From: an uncultured Pseudomonadales bacterium
Lineage (GTDB): Bacteria; Patescibacteriota; Microgenomatia; UBA1400; PJMF01
Length of the DNA: 64,000 bases
NCBI GenBank assembly: GCA_964393205.1
Contig: CAYMSV010000002.1
Coordinates: 160,843 to 224,842, forward strand
Direction: 5' to 3'
Made by a program: the position numbers and the translations under genes. The notes under the pieces were generated by a model that made no database searches, was not told where the DNA came from, and was given only the letters and a program-made list of their open reading frames with translations. Positions 38,512 through 48,330 of the stretch are shown one piece after another. The stretch's first letter is position 1, and each line of letters starts with the position of its first letter.

Positions 38512-39234
38512 TTATTTAGAATCAGTTGGTTTTTCTTCAACTGTAGCCTGATCTTCACTGACTGTTTTTTCAGACTGAGACTCTTCACCACCCTCAGTTT
38601 TTTCAGCTTTTTCATCTTCGCCAACTAGTTCTGGCTCAACTAACTCATCAGGTGTCTCTACAACCTCCTCTTCTTCTTGAGCTTGAACAGAAATCAACAC
38701 TCTTTCGCTTGGATTTTCGTCTTCGGTCAAAACCAATTCAACCTTATCTTTGTCATAATCTAAATCAGCTAAAGTAAAAGCATCACCAATAGCTTTTAAG
38801 TTGCTAACATCAAAAACAAACTTTTCTGGAAGATTGGCTGGTAAAGCCTCAACCTCAACTTCGTCTTGAACAGTGATTAAAACTGCTTCTGCGACATCAA
38901 ACTCCCCTATCACTTCAACTGGCACATTAGCAGTAATTTTTTCCTTTAAGTTTACTCCTCTAAAAACCACATGCTCAAAATTAGCACCTAAATAATCCAT
39001 ATCGACCTGATCAATTAAGGCTGGTACGGCTTGAGATTCTCCTCCAATGTTTAAATAAATTAAGCCAGTTTCTCCTGCTTCACTATAAAGTTTAGCAAAA
39101 TCTATGGGATCAAGCTCTAGAGCTATTGAGTCTTTTTTTGGGATATAAACATTGGCTGGTAATCTACCCTCTCGGCGCAGTTGTTTAGCTTTTTTATTTG
39201 AACGCTTGTCTACTTTAAAAGTAATTTTTGTCAT
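38512..39234 (-). CDS. rplY: 50S ribosomal protein L25 (general stress protein Ctc form) with acidic C-terminal extension
   Basis: 'MTKITFKVDKRSNKKAKQLRREGRLPANVY' is the L25/Ctc N-terminal fold. The tail is E/D-rich. Confidence 0.8.
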   Translation of the reverse strand: MTKITFKVDKRSNKKAKQLRREGRLPANVYIPKKDSIALELDPIDFAKLYSEAGETGLIYLNIGGESQAVPALIDQVDMDYLGANFEHVVFRGVNLKEKITANVPVEVIGEFDVAEAVLITVQDEVEVEALPANLPEKFVFDVSNLKAIGDAFTLADLDYDKDKVELVLTEDENPSERVLISVQAQEEEEVVETPDELVEPELVGEDEKAEKTEGGEESQSEKTVSEDQATVEEKPTDSK

Positions 39235-39446
39235 AAGTAACTTTTCTATATTTTAAAAATATATATTTCTAGAAGCAAAATAGGTTCTCATTCTACCACA
39301 AAGCTCAAAAAATCTCTAAAAGAGCTTGAACCAAAATAAGGCCGAAAGAAAGTGATCATTTAAAAAAAAATAATCTAAAAAAAAGTAGCTTAAAAAGCTT
39401 AATAAATCAATATATTTTCTTAAAAAAGGCCTTTTTACACGTGAAA

Positions 39447-42400
39447 CTAAAAAGCAACCGCAAATAAAAAGTTGTCTTGATTGTCGTTCTTAAACTCAAT
39501 TACTTTATCTTGATAATTGGCTTGGGGAGCAATAAGACTGGGAGAAAAATCTTCAGCAAATAAAACTTTATAATGAGTTTGTTTGTTAAACAAACCAGCC
39601 TGTTTTTGATCTAAAAACACATAAGAAAATGGAGTCTTCAATTGATGAGGAACAAGATAAATTATCTCCAGAGTTACATTAGAAAGTATTGGAACAGTAA
39701 ATCTATGAGCCAAAACTCGCTTATTTTTTTCTTCAAACCATTTGTAGACGTTTCGATTAACAGCCTTTCCATTAAAAGTTATTCTTTCTAAACTGGCATT
39801 TTTTGGCAAATAAAATTTTAGATAAGCTTGATAGTTTCCTTCTGGCCAAAAGTTTTGGCGACCAAGATTTTCTAAACGGATTACGCGCTTATGACGAATA
39901 AACTTTTCGCTAATTCCTATACTATGATTTATTTCTTGAGTAATTAAACGATTAACTTTATTTAAGCCCACGTTGTTTTCTAACTGATAAATTCCATCCG
40001 TAAAGCATTGATCACCAACACCAGCAAATTCAGTTGGACAAGGAGTTTCTAGAATCTCTCCAGACCACAAATTGTTTTTTAAGATCTCTGATAATTCTTG
40101 ATCATCACTGTACAAAAAAGCTTCTCTTTTATCTAAAGCTAAATTTAGTTTAGTTAAAATAAAAATAACTTCTTCTTTAGAAAGTTTTGATAAACGCTCA
40201 AAAAAACTATTCAAAACAGAATTAAAATCAACATTTTCTTGGCGCAATAGTTCTTCAAAAAAGTTATTTTGATTTAATTCAAATTCATTAATCATAAGAG
40301 GGGAGAGCACTTCTAGAAAATCATAAACCTCTTTGCTGTTTAAAGTTAAAATAAGATCAGGACGCATATTTAAACTTTGCTCTATAAACCAAGTAATATC
40401 TGAGCTAGCATCGGCAAAACTAGCCGGCCAATTAGCATCTCTCAATAGCAATCTGTTGGCTACCAACATACTTCTTAATTCTTCAGGAGCCTCTCTTTCA
40501 CCATAAATCCTTTTGTCTAGATCGCTTACATCATAAACCCGCCAATTTAATAAATGACTATTCTCAAAACTTAAATTAACCACAGAAACCAAAAACCCCC
40601 CACTTGATCTCAACTCATTGCTATCTTGAATTAAAACTACAAGATTACTTCTTGCAGGACTTAACAAAAACCTACTTAGAGATTCTAAAAACATTGTTGA
40701 ACGTTGCTGAGACGCCAACTCTTTTAGGGTTTTTGCTTTATATTGAGCTAAAATTTCTGCCTGTGCTTTTGGCAAAATTTCAGGATTCAATTGATCTAAA
40801 AGGCTGCTTAACTCCTGCTTAAACTGATAAAATTCTTGATTTTTTGTCAAATAATTTGCCCAATCAACGCTCACATCACCATCTGTTTTTAATACTGCTT
40901 GATAAAGCTTAAATGTTTCATCGTCTAGCTCCTGTGCTAAAACTGCTTGTTTTTTTAAATGCTCAAAAATTTGCCAATAATTATTAGGTGTTGAGAAAAT
41001 TTCCTCACCAATTAGTTCTCCATAATTATCTAATTGCCACTTTAAAAAATGGTAATCTCTTTTACCCTGAAAATTATTCTTATCAGTTAAATTAGCCTGA
41101 ATAACAGCCAGCAAGTCTTTTTCAAAAAGTTTTTGAGTAAAATAAAAATTAGCAAACAAAACTAAAACCAAGGTGCCTATTAGAGATAAAAAAATGCCAA
41201 AGTAAAAAGAGAGGCGGCGATATTTACTCTTTTTTACAATTTTTTTTGCACCTTTTAGATTTTGTTTAAAACGCTGCTGATGCCTATTTTTTTGTTCTTT
41301 ACGAAAAATGTCTTGGAGGGTTTTATCAATATTGTTTGATTCATCAATCTTATTTTTATCTTTTACCGTTAAATCATCAGTTTTTTGTAAATTTTGTTCT
41401 AAATTATTTTCAAGCTGATTGGTTCTGCTTACATTTTTATTAAGCTCAGAGGCTCTCTCAGCATCATTTTCCAGCTTTTCATCATCGTTTGTTGTAGTTA
41501 TTTTTGACAGTGACTCTTTGGCTATTTTTTGCGCCTCAATCACTTGCAGATTGTTTTTATCTAAAAGCATTTCTTTATTAAGAGAAAGAGGAAGTTGGCG
41601 GATTTTTTCATCTAAAACTTCAAGTACCTTTTTGTCAGAGTTATAAACCCTTATAAAATCTGCTAAAAAATAATTTTCTTCTCTCGGTTGTAAAAATAGC
41701 TCTAAAACATCAAATTTTTGCAAAAAATATCGACTACATAAGTCCTTGGCTTTTAACAAAAATTTTGTACTGTGAGTTTTTTGTCCTCTTAACAAGTGTT
41801 TTTCACTTGGCTTGCTTTGAAAAAATAAAGTTTTAAAACTTCTTAAAAAACCATCTTGAGTCTGCCAGTAGCAATTATTTTGACTGTCTAAAAGAAATTG
41901 TTTTTTAAAGGGGCTAAAAAACAAATTAAATTTTAAATTAAAATCAAAATCTAAATTTAAAATATCTTCTACTAAACAAAATTGAGCTAAGGGAAAAGCC
42001 TTGAGCGCTTGATTTAAAAAGCTATTTTGTTTAGACCAAAAATTTTTAAAATTGCTTAGCTCAAAATCCATGGGTGAAATTGGGGTAGAGTAGTTTAATA
42101 AAAAGAATATTGCTATCAACCGACCATCTTCTGCAAAACCTCGTTCAAAAGCTCGTAATACCTGCAAAAGAAAATCTGGGTTTTCTATATATGTTTTTTT
42201 AAAACCGCCTACGACCAAAAATTTATAAACCTCAGTGTTTTTAATTGCTTTATATTGTTTTAGGGCCTCACTTGGATCTGTAAAAGATTCTAATAACAAT
42301 AACCTTGCATCTAAAGCACAGTGCTTAAAAAAAAGTATTAAACCATCAATAAAGAGATTATTTTCTTCAGCTAATAAAAAAACTACAGGTCTATCATCAA

Positions 42401-42494
42401 TTAGTTCGCTTGTTAAATGTTGTTTTTGACCTATCATTTCTAAACAACATTGTAAATTAAAGCCCAAGTAATTAACAAGCTCGATCCATAGCAT
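39447..42494 (-). CDS. large bitopic membrane protein: ~430-aa cytoplasmic N-domain, one TM, ~570-aa extracytoplasmic domain (unknown function)
   Basis: 1015 aa with a TM helix 'LSFYFGIFLSLIGTLVLVLFANFYF'. The start may be the internal M at 42437 (MIGQKQ), which removes the 23-nt overlap with rnhA. Confidence 0.45.
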   Translation of the reverse strand: MLWIELVNYLGFNLQCCLEMIGQKQHLTSELIDDRPVVFLLAEENNLFIDGLILFFKHCALDARLLLLESFTDPSEALKQYKAIKNTEVYKFLVVGGFKKTYIENPDFLLQVLRAFERGFAEDGRLIAIFFLLNYSTPISPMDFELSNFKNFWSKQNSFLNQALKAFPLAQFCLVEDILNLDFDFNLKFNLFFSPFKKQFLLDSQNNCYWQTQDGFLRSFKTLFFQSKPSEKHLLRGQKTHSTKFLLKAKDLCSRYFLQKFDVLELFLQPREENYFLADFIRVYNSDKKVLEVLDEKIRQLPLSLNKEMLLDKNNLQVIEAQKIAKESLSKITTTNDDEKLENDAERASELNKNVSRTNQLENNLEQNLQKTDDLTVKDKNKIDESNNIDKTLQDIFRKEQKNRHQQRFKQNLKGAKKIVKKSKYRRLSFYFGIFLSLIGTLVLVLFANFYFTQKLFEKDLLAVIQANLTDKNNFQGKRDYHFLKWQLDNYGELIGEEIFSTPNNYWQIFEHLKKQAVLAQELDDETFKLYQAVLKTDGDVSVDWANYLTKNQEFYQFKQELSSLLDQLNPEILPKAQAEILAQYKAKTLKELASQQRSTMFLESLSRFLLSPARSNLVVLIQDSNELRSSGGFLVSVVNLSFENSHLLNWRVYDVSDLDKRIYGEREAPEELRSMLVANRLLLRDANWPASFADASSDITWFIEQSLNMRPDLILTLNSKEVYDFLEVLSPLMINEFELNQNNFFEELLRQENVDFNSVLNSFFERLSKLSKEEVIFILTKLNLALDKREAFLYSDDQELSEILKNNLWSGEILETPCPTEFAGVGDQCFTDGIYQLENNVGLNKVNRLITQEINHSIGISEKFIRHKRVIRLENLGRQNFWPEGNYQAYLKFYLPKNASLERITFNGKAVNRNVYKWFEEKNKRVLAHRFTVPILSNVTLEIIYLVPHQLKTPFSYVFLDQKQAGLFNKQTHYKVLFAEDFSPSLIAPQANYQDKVIEFKNDNQDNFLFAVAF

Positions 42495-42900
42495 CGTTAG
42501 CTAGTTGATCAGCAATTTTATTTTTTTCTCTCAGCAGGTGTTTAATAAAAATCGGATAGGGTAGAGTACTTAAATTTTTCCAAGAAGCTTCTGCTAATTT
42601 TCTTAATTCCGCTTTCTTAATTTTCCAGCGTCGATTAATTTGTTCAACAAGTAGTTTAGAATCTGAATAAAGCTCAGCACTCTCTATCAAGCCAGGATTT
42701 TTAATTTCATAACGTAATAAAAAATTTAAGGCCTCTAAAAAAGCTAAATATTCAGCCTCATTATTTGTCTTAGTACCTAAAAATTTAGCCTCATGGTAAA
42801 TTTCTTTAGCACTAGAATCTTCTATATAAATTCCAGCGCCTGCTATTCCAGGGTTACCCCTCGACCCACCATCAGTATAAATTCTTATTTTTTTTCCCAT
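42472..42900 (-). CDS. rnhA: ribonuclease HI
   Basis: 'IRIYTDGGSRGNPGIAGAGIYIE' is the RNase H catalytic N-terminus. Confidence 0.85.
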   Translation of the reverse strand: MGKKIRIYTDGGSRGNPGIAGAGIYIEDSSAKEIYHEAKFLGTKTNNEAEYLAFLEALNFLLRYEIKNPGLIESAELYSDSKLLVEQINRRWKIKKAELRKLAEASWKNLSTLPYPIFIKHLLREKNKIADQLANDAMDRAC

Positions 42901-42957
42901 ACCAAAAATTTTAAAATTAAATTATTAATGCATAATTAACGCATAATTATTGCAACC

Positions 42958-43422
42958 TCAAGCGTCTTGATTCTTGACCTCAATAATTAAAACTCTTCCC
43001 AAATCTCTATCCTCAGAATGAGTGTATATTTTTTCCAAACCAACTTCTTTAGCAATTGCCTCGTGGACCAAATGTCTTTCATAGGAATTTAGGTAACGAA
43101 ACTCATAGGACCGTCCAGTTTCCAAAACTCTTTGAGCTAAATCTAAAGCTTTTTCTTTCAACCGTTCTTCTTGTCGTAACTTATAATCATTAATGTCTAG
43201 GCTTATACGCTTATCTTCATAGTCATCTTTAAAACTTAATTTAGTTAACAATTCGATAGCGCTTAGAGTTTCCCCTCTGCTACCAATTAACAAAGCAGTA
43301 TCTTTTTCATCAGTTTTAATGTTTATTTGAACTCTTTCCTCTCCCTCCTCAACTTTAATTTCAATTTCTCCTTCAACTCCCAAATATTCAATTAATTTAC
43401 TCAGGTATTCTTCGATTTTCAT
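42958..43422 (-). CDS. jag: Jag/KhpB RNA-binding protein (KH + R3H)
   Basis: 'LIGSRGETLSAIELL' is the KH GxxG-type segment. 'ERHLVHEAI' is the R3H. It sits downstream of yidC as usual. Confidence 0.7.
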   Translation of the reverse strand: MKIEEYLSKLIEYLGVEGEIEIKVEEGEERVQINIKTDEKDTALLIGSRGETLSAIELLTKLSFKDDYEDKRISLDINDYKLRQEERLKEKALDLAQRVLETGRSYEFRYLNSYERHLVHEAIAKEVGLEKIYTHSEDRDLGRVLIIEVKNQDA

Positions 43423-43432
43423 AATTAGTCTT

Positions 43433-44455
43433 TCAAGAGCGCTTCTTTTTTTTGGCTGCTCGTTTTTTTTGCTGACGACTTTTTTTAATTTTTTCTTGTT
43501 TTTTCACTTTAGTGGCCCTGGTATTTTTAGTTGGTAAAGACTCTGTACTTGCACCTCTTTTCATCAAAAGTTCAGCTAATTCTGTATTTTTTTTATTACT
43601 ATCTTTTGTTTTTAATATTTTCTTTAAAGGAGTCTCCTTAACTATTTTTTGCTTTTTATTTTCTTCTATCAAAATATTTTTACCTTGCTCTTCCGACAAA
43701 AGTTTAGCTCCAAAAAGACCTTTCTTTGCGACATGATTATTCCAAAAAACAGCAATTCCTCCTAAACCAGAAACAAAATATTGAGTAACAATACTAAAAA
43801 CTGTTCCCATAATCCAATATAAAGCTAAACCAGAGGGTAATCTTAAAGCAATTATACCAGTCATAATTGGCATTAAAAACATCATTTGTTGCTGCATGGT
43901 AGAAGCCATTTCAGCTATGTCTTCTTCTTTCTCATTAGCTTTCTTTAACAACTCGTCTTGGGTTTTATTCGGCACCACATCTCTGGTTTGAGTAGCAGGA
44001 GAGATCATTAAAGATAAAATAAATTGGCTAAGAGCTGCTAAAATTGGAAAAATATATAATCCATCTGGTTGACTAAGATCAGTCCATAAAAAATTAAAAT
44101 TTAATCCATTTGACTGATCAAATAAACCAATAATTGCTCGATACAAAATAATTAAAATCACTAATTGAATTAATTGAGGTAAACAACCAGCTAGAGGATT
44201 AATATTATAGCTTTTATAAAGTTGAGATTGAGCAAGAGCATATCCTTGTTTATCTCCCTTATATTTTTCTTTAAGTTTTTTTAATTCTGGCTGGAGTTTT
44301 TTAATTTTTTGACTCGACTTAATGCTTGGTAAGGTTAAGGGTAAAATTAATAAACGAATAATTATAGTAAAAACTATAAGAGCTAACCCAACACTACCTA
44401 AAGCACTATTAAAAAACAATAAAACTTCGCTAAAAAAAGTAATTAAAAATCCCAT
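43433..44455 (-). CDS. yidC: membrane protein insertase YidC (short monoderm type) with basic C-tail
   Basis: 'LALYWIMGTVFSIVTQYF' and a K/R-rich C-terminus. Confidence 0.85.
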   Translation of the reverse strand: MGFLITFFSEVLLFFNSALGSVGLALIVFTIIIRLLILPLTLPSIKSSQKIKKLQPELKKLKEKYKGDKQGYALAQSQLYKSYNINPLAGCLPQLIQLVILIILYRAIIGLFDQSNGLNFNFLWTDLSQPDGLYIFPILAALSQFILSLMISPATQTRDVVPNKTQDELLKKANEKEEDIAEMASTMQQQMMFLMPIMTGIIALRLPSGLALYWIMGTVFSIVTQYFVSGLGGIAVFWNNHVAKKGLFGAKLLSEEQGKNILIEENKKQKIVKETPLKKILKTKDSNKKNTELAELLMKRGASTESLPTKNTRATKVKKQEKIKKSRQQKKRAAKKKKRS

Positions 44456-44462
44456 AAATTTC

Positions 44463-44645
44463 TTAGTGGCGACAATTAAGCGCTCGCCAAATTCCTTTCG
44501 CTAACCCGATAATTGTACCATTCTTTTTTATTTCCAGAGTAGTATATTGACTACAGCTTGGCACCTGACCGCACACTGAAGAGTAACCAAAAACACTATA
44601 CATAATATTATGCCGAATCGTACTTAAAAACTTATATACTTTCAT
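44463..44645 (-). CDS. yidD: membrane protein insertion efficiency factor YidD
   Basis: 'CGQVPSCSQY' fits the YidD C-x-x-x-P-x-C-S-x-Y motif. 60 aa. Overlaps rnpA by 4 nt. Confidence 0.7.
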   Translation of the reverse strand: MKVYKFLSTIRHNIMYSVFGYSSVCGQVPSCSQYTTLEIKKNGTIIGLAKGIWRALNCRH

Positions 44646-44998
44646 ATTTGTTTTAAAAATGTATTTAAATCTTCTTCTAAACCACTCACTTTGAAATCTC
44701 GATTTTTATAAACAATAATTAAATCAAAATTTTTATTGAACAAGCTTTCTTTTTTAACCTCTAACATCTCTTTGTTTTTTTTAATAATTAGGTTATAGAG
44801 TAATCGCCTATGATGGTTGCGCTGATGGGCTTTGGGGAAAAGTCTTGAGGGGGCTAGAGCAGTAGTTTTTAATCCGCTTTTGTTTGGTCGATAATAAAAT
44901 AATAAATCCTTGCCCACATATTGTTGACTCAAACCACTCTTAAACATTTGACTATTTTCTGTCAAAGTTAAATTGAGGCGGTGTTTTTTTGCCAACAT
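44642..44998 (-). CDS. rnpA: ribonuclease P protein component
   Basis: Basic 118-aa protein. 'KAHQRNHHRRLLYNLI' matches the RnpA RNR-motif region. Its position after rpmH supports the call. Confidence 0.75.
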   Translation of the reverse strand: MLAKKHRLNLTLTENSQMFKSGLSQQYVGKDLLFYYRPNKSGLKTTALAPSRLFPKAHQRNHHRRLLYNLIIKKNKEMLEVKKESLFNKNFDLIIVYKNRDFKVSGLEEDLNTFLKQI

Positions 44999-45041
44999 TA
45001 AGTTTAATTTTACTCTAAAAAAAAGAAAAAGTGTTAAAAAT

Positions 45042-45188
45042 TTAAGCTTTTTTAATTACAGTTAGTTTTTTGCGTTTTTTCGCTCTACGTCTAGCTAAAG
45101 TTTTTCGTCCTCCTAAAGTAGACATTCTTTTTAAAAAGCCGTGCATTCTTAAGCGCTTCTTTTTTTTAGGATTCCAGGTTCTTTTCAT
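45042..45188 (-). CDS. rpmH: 50S ribosomal protein L34
   Basis: Not in the ORF track (under 60 aa). The hand translation is [48 protein letters not shown], a canonical L34. Confidence 0.8.
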   Translation of the reverse strand: MKRTWNPKKKKRLRMHGFLKRMSTLGGRKTLARRRAKKRKKLTVIKKA

Positions 45189-45209
45189 AAGCGATTATTA
45201 TAACATGAC

Positions 45210-46349
45210 TTATTCGTTGACTCTAAAGGGCATGCTAATATATAAATAATTTTTATCACTCGGATTGGTAAACTTTGCTGGTTTCAAACTTTCATTCACA
45301 CTTAAAAATATTTTTTCTGCATCAACAGCATTAACAAAATCAATTAAATACAAAACGTTGAAGGCTATTTGTAGCTCATTTAACTCTTCTTTTGAAATTT
45401 CCGTATCTATCTCAATAGGCATTTCTCCAACATATTCTCCATAGGTTGGAGAAATAGATTTTATTATTAAATAATTATTTTTGTTTTCATTTTTAAATGA
45501 TAAACGAACAATGTTTGAACTCTCTCTTGAAAAAATTTGTGCTCTTTTAAGTTGATCTAAAAATTCTTCGCTACCAATATGTGCTTTTAATTTAAAGTTT
45601 GGTGGAATAATTTTTTGATAGGGTGGGTAGTCTCCTTCAATTAATCTAACAAAAAATTCAATACCATCAACTTTAAACAAAAGTTGTTTAAGTTCTTCAG
45701 CCACAATTATTTCCACTTCATCGCTCTGACATTGTTTGGCTATTCTCAATAGTTCACTTAGCGCTTTAGCTGGAACCATTAAATTTTTAGTAAAAGAAAA
45801 TTTAAGTTTATTAAGCTCAATATTAGCTAATCTAAATCCATCTGTTCCAACAACGGTTAATCCTTTTTCAGAAAATTTCATTAACAGTGATGTCAATACT
45901 GGTCTTGTTTGATCGGTGCTCGTAGCAAAAATTACTAACTTCTGAATCTTTTCCAAGTCTGATGTTTGTAATTTAAAAGAATCACCGCTAACTTCAGGAA
46001 ATTTAGGATATTCTTCTGTTGATTGACAACTTAATTTAATTTTTGTTTTTCCTTGAGTTATTTTTAAAACAGAATCTACTAATTCTAAAGTAATTTTCCC
46101 AGGAGAAAGAGAGAAAATTAAACTACGAAAAGTATCTCCATCTACCACTAAAGATCCTTTTTCTTTAACTTCAACAACTGTGCTCGACCTCATACCTAAA
46201 TATAAGTCTGTTGCGGCTAAAATCAACTTATTATCTTGGGCTTTAAGAAAAATAGATGACAAGATTGGCAATTGTGGCCTGCTTGGTATAATTTTTTGTA
46301 AATAAACAAGTTCTTGTTTAATGTTTTCTTGTAAGGCAATTATTTTCAT
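45210..46349 (-). CDS. dnaN: DNA polymerase III beta sliding clamp
   Basis: 379 aa. 'MKIIALQENIKQELVYLQKII' N-terminus and a three-domain length. It sits immediately downstream of dnaA. Confidence 0.9.
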   Translation of the reverse strand: MKIIALQENIKQELVYLQKIIPSRPQLPILSSIFLKAQDNKLILAATDLYLGMRSSTVVEVKEKGSLVVDGDTFRSLIFSLSPGKITLELVDSVLKITQGKTKIKLSCQSTEEYPKFPEVSGDSFKLQTSDLEKIQKLVIFATSTDQTRPVLTSLLMKFSEKGLTVVGTDGFRLANIELNKLKFSFTKNLMVPAKALSELLRIAKQCQSDEVEIIVAEELKQLLFKVDGIEFFVRLIEGDYPPYQKIIPPNFKLKAHIGSEEFLDQLKRAQIFSRESSNIVRLSFKNENKNNYLIIKSISPTYGEYVGEMPIEIDTEISKEELNELQIAFNVLYLIDFVNAVDAEKIFLSVNESLKPAKFTNPSDKNYLYISMPFRVNE

Positions 46350-46717
46350 AAACTTTATTGTAACTGATAAATTTTAATTTCTATAATTAATATATATAAA
46401 AATAGTAATAGTAGTAGTAGGCGTGGTGGAAAAGTGTAAAAGCGAAACCTACTTTAAGATTTTTACTCAAAAAAAATGTTTTTTTATAGAATATTTTTTT
46501 TGTTAATAAACGATTTAAAACGGTGAATTTTTTTGTGAATTTTTTAGAACACTTTTGTATAAGTTAGAAACTAATAAACAAAGTGATAAAAGATATTTCC
46601 TTTTTTTCACAGCTTATTCAGATTTTATCCACAGAGTTTTTCAGGTTTGTGGAAAACTCTCTGTTAATATTTGTTTTATTAACAAAAAGCAGGTATTTAT
46701 CAGCTTTTTTAATGTGC
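46350..46717. other. candidate oriC (dnaA-dnaN intergenic): DnaA boxes plus AT-rich unwinding region
   Basis: Perfect TTATCCACA at 46625..46633. TGTGGAAAA (reverse complement of TTTTCCACA) at 46648..46656. A degenerate box sits near 46424..46437. The AT-rich segment 46350..46420 carries (TA)4 and (AGT)n. 368 bp with no ORF. Confidence 0.55.
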
Positions 46718-48226
46718 CTACTTAGAAATAGCCACTAAAGACATTTTTAAGGCAGAAACATCTTGAATGGTTGTTTCGTCAACTAAAAGTTCTTTTTCAA
46801 TCTTTTTAACTGCGTGAATGACGCTGGTGTGGTCTCGACCACTAAACCACTGACCGATTTCTTCAAGAGAGCTATTTAGTTCTTGTCTTAAAAGGTACAT
46901 AGCAATATGACGAGCTCTAACTAACTCTTTATTGCGTCTACCACCCTTAATAGCACTTTGTTTGAGGTGAAAATGATTGCTAACACTTTGAATAATATCT
47001 TGAGGTTTAACTTTAAGCATTTTTTTATGATTTTGTCTAATTTCTTTTTTAAGAATTAAATCAATTAATTCAACATTGATTTCTGCTCCCTGTAATTCAA
47101 CGGCACTACGAATTTTTTTGATAATTCCTTCAATTCTTCTGGCACTGTCAACTTGAGCTGCAATTCTTTGAGCTAAATGATTGGGAATATTGATATGATT
47201 TGATTGAGCCTTGAGTAATAAAATTGCAGTGCGAAGCTCTAGGGTTGGTTGTTGAATATCAATCATTAGACCAGCTTCAAAGCGCGAGCGAATTCTGTCT
47301 TCCAGCAAACTAATTTCATGAGGAGGAAGGTCGGAGGTTAAAATAACTTGTGAGTTGTTTCCAGTTAGAGCATTAAATGTATGAAAAAATTCTTCCTGAA
47401 CACTTTTTTTACCAGCAATAAACTGAATGTCATCTAAGAGTAATAATTCAGCTCTTCGATATTTGTTGCGAAATTGAGCTGAATTTTTATTTTGAATGGA
47501 TCGAATAATTTCATTAGTGAATTGCTCGCCGGTACAAAAAACAATGTTGGTGTCTGGATCATTTTTTAATATGTAATTGGCGATAGCGTGCATAAGATGT
47601 GTTTTTCCTACACCAACACCTCCATATAGAAAGAGGGGGTTGTAGCTTGAGCCGGGACTGCTAGCGACTTTGGTAGCGGCTGCATGAGCCATTTGATTGC
47701 TAGGATCAACAGCAAAATTATTAAAGGTAAAATCATTCTTAAGACCAATTTGTTTTGCTCTTAAATTAAACCTGTCAACAGCATTATTTTCAATATTTGA
47801 ATAAGAAAAGAGCTCATCTACCGTGGGAGAAACGAGTTCTAGACCATTAGTGCTTTTATCTGTTTTTTGAGACTGCTTTTTTTTAGAATTCAAACGTTGG
47901 TCGGTTTGAACAAAACTATTATTTTGTTTTTCTGTTTTTTTACTGTTACCTACTACAAAGTTTATTTCCAGCGGTCTGTTTACGTATTTTTCTAAGGCTG
48001 TTTTGATTGGCAAATAAAGATTAGATTTTAAATTAGTTGCATGAAACGCAGTCATGCAATTAATGGTTGCTTCAGCTTTTAATTCATCAATAACTCGTAA
48101 TTGAGTGAGTGGGCTGGGGAGAATCCAGGTATTAAAAATTGCTGGACTTAAGCTACTTTCCAGATCGTTTTTAGCCATTTGCCAAATTTGTTCAATGGTT
48201 TGAGAGTCATAAGCTTGTTCTGACAT
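46718..48226 (-). CDS. dnaA: chromosomal replication initiator DnaA
   Basis: AAA+ Walker A 'LFLYGGVGVGKTHLMHAI', sensor regions, and a C-terminal domain IV 'RNKELVRARHIAMYLLRQ'. Confidence 0.95.
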   Translation of the reverse strand: MSEQAYDSQTIEQIWQMAKNDLESSLSPAIFNTWILPSPLTQLRVIDELKAEATINCMTAFHATNLKSNLYLPIKTALEKYVNRPLEINFVVGNSKKTEKQNNSFVQTDQRLNSKKKQSQKTDKSTNGLELVSPTVDELFSYSNIENNAVDRFNLRAKQIGLKNDFTFNNFAVDPSNQMAHAAATKVASSPGSSYNPLFLYGGVGVGKTHLMHAIANYILKNDPDTNIVFCTGEQFTNEIIRSIQNKNSAQFRNKYRRAELLLLDDIQFIAGKKSVQEEFFHTFNALTGNNSQVILTSDLPPHEISLLEDRIRSRFEAGLMIDIQQPTLELRTAILLLKAQSNHINIPNHLAQRIAAQVDSARRIEGIIKKIRSAVELQGAEINVELIDLILKKEIRQNHKKMLKVKPQDIIQSVSNHFHLKQSAIKGGRRNKELVRARHIAMYLLRQELNSSLEEIGQWFSGRDHTSVIHAVKKIEKELLVDETTIQDVSALKMSLVAISK

Positions 48227-48303
48227 ACTAATCCTTAAACGTCTTTCTGGGGCAGAATTTAAAATTACAAAAGAAAATTAACACCCATAGTTATACACAG
48301 TGT

Positions 48304-48312
48304 TTTCCACAT
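48304..48312 (+). promoter_or_regulatory. DnaA box TTTTCCACA in the dnaA upstream region
   Basis: Exact 9-mer, about 80 bp upstream of the dnaA start, within the 104-bp gap to the VirB4-like gene. Confidence 0.45.
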
Positions 48313-48330
48313 TTGACAAGGGGCAGTTTT

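Noticed and set aside
39235-39446. Possible terminator hairpins between L25 and the upstream large gene (AAGCTC...GAGCTT; AAAAAGGCCTTTTT)
   Set aside because: The stems are short and AT-rich with long or no loops, too weak to call a Rho-independent terminator.
46521-46545. Direct repeat 'gtgaatttttt' x2 in the candidate oriC as additional DnaA boxes
   Set aside because: It matches the DnaA box consensus at only 6/9 positions, so it is noted as weak and not called.
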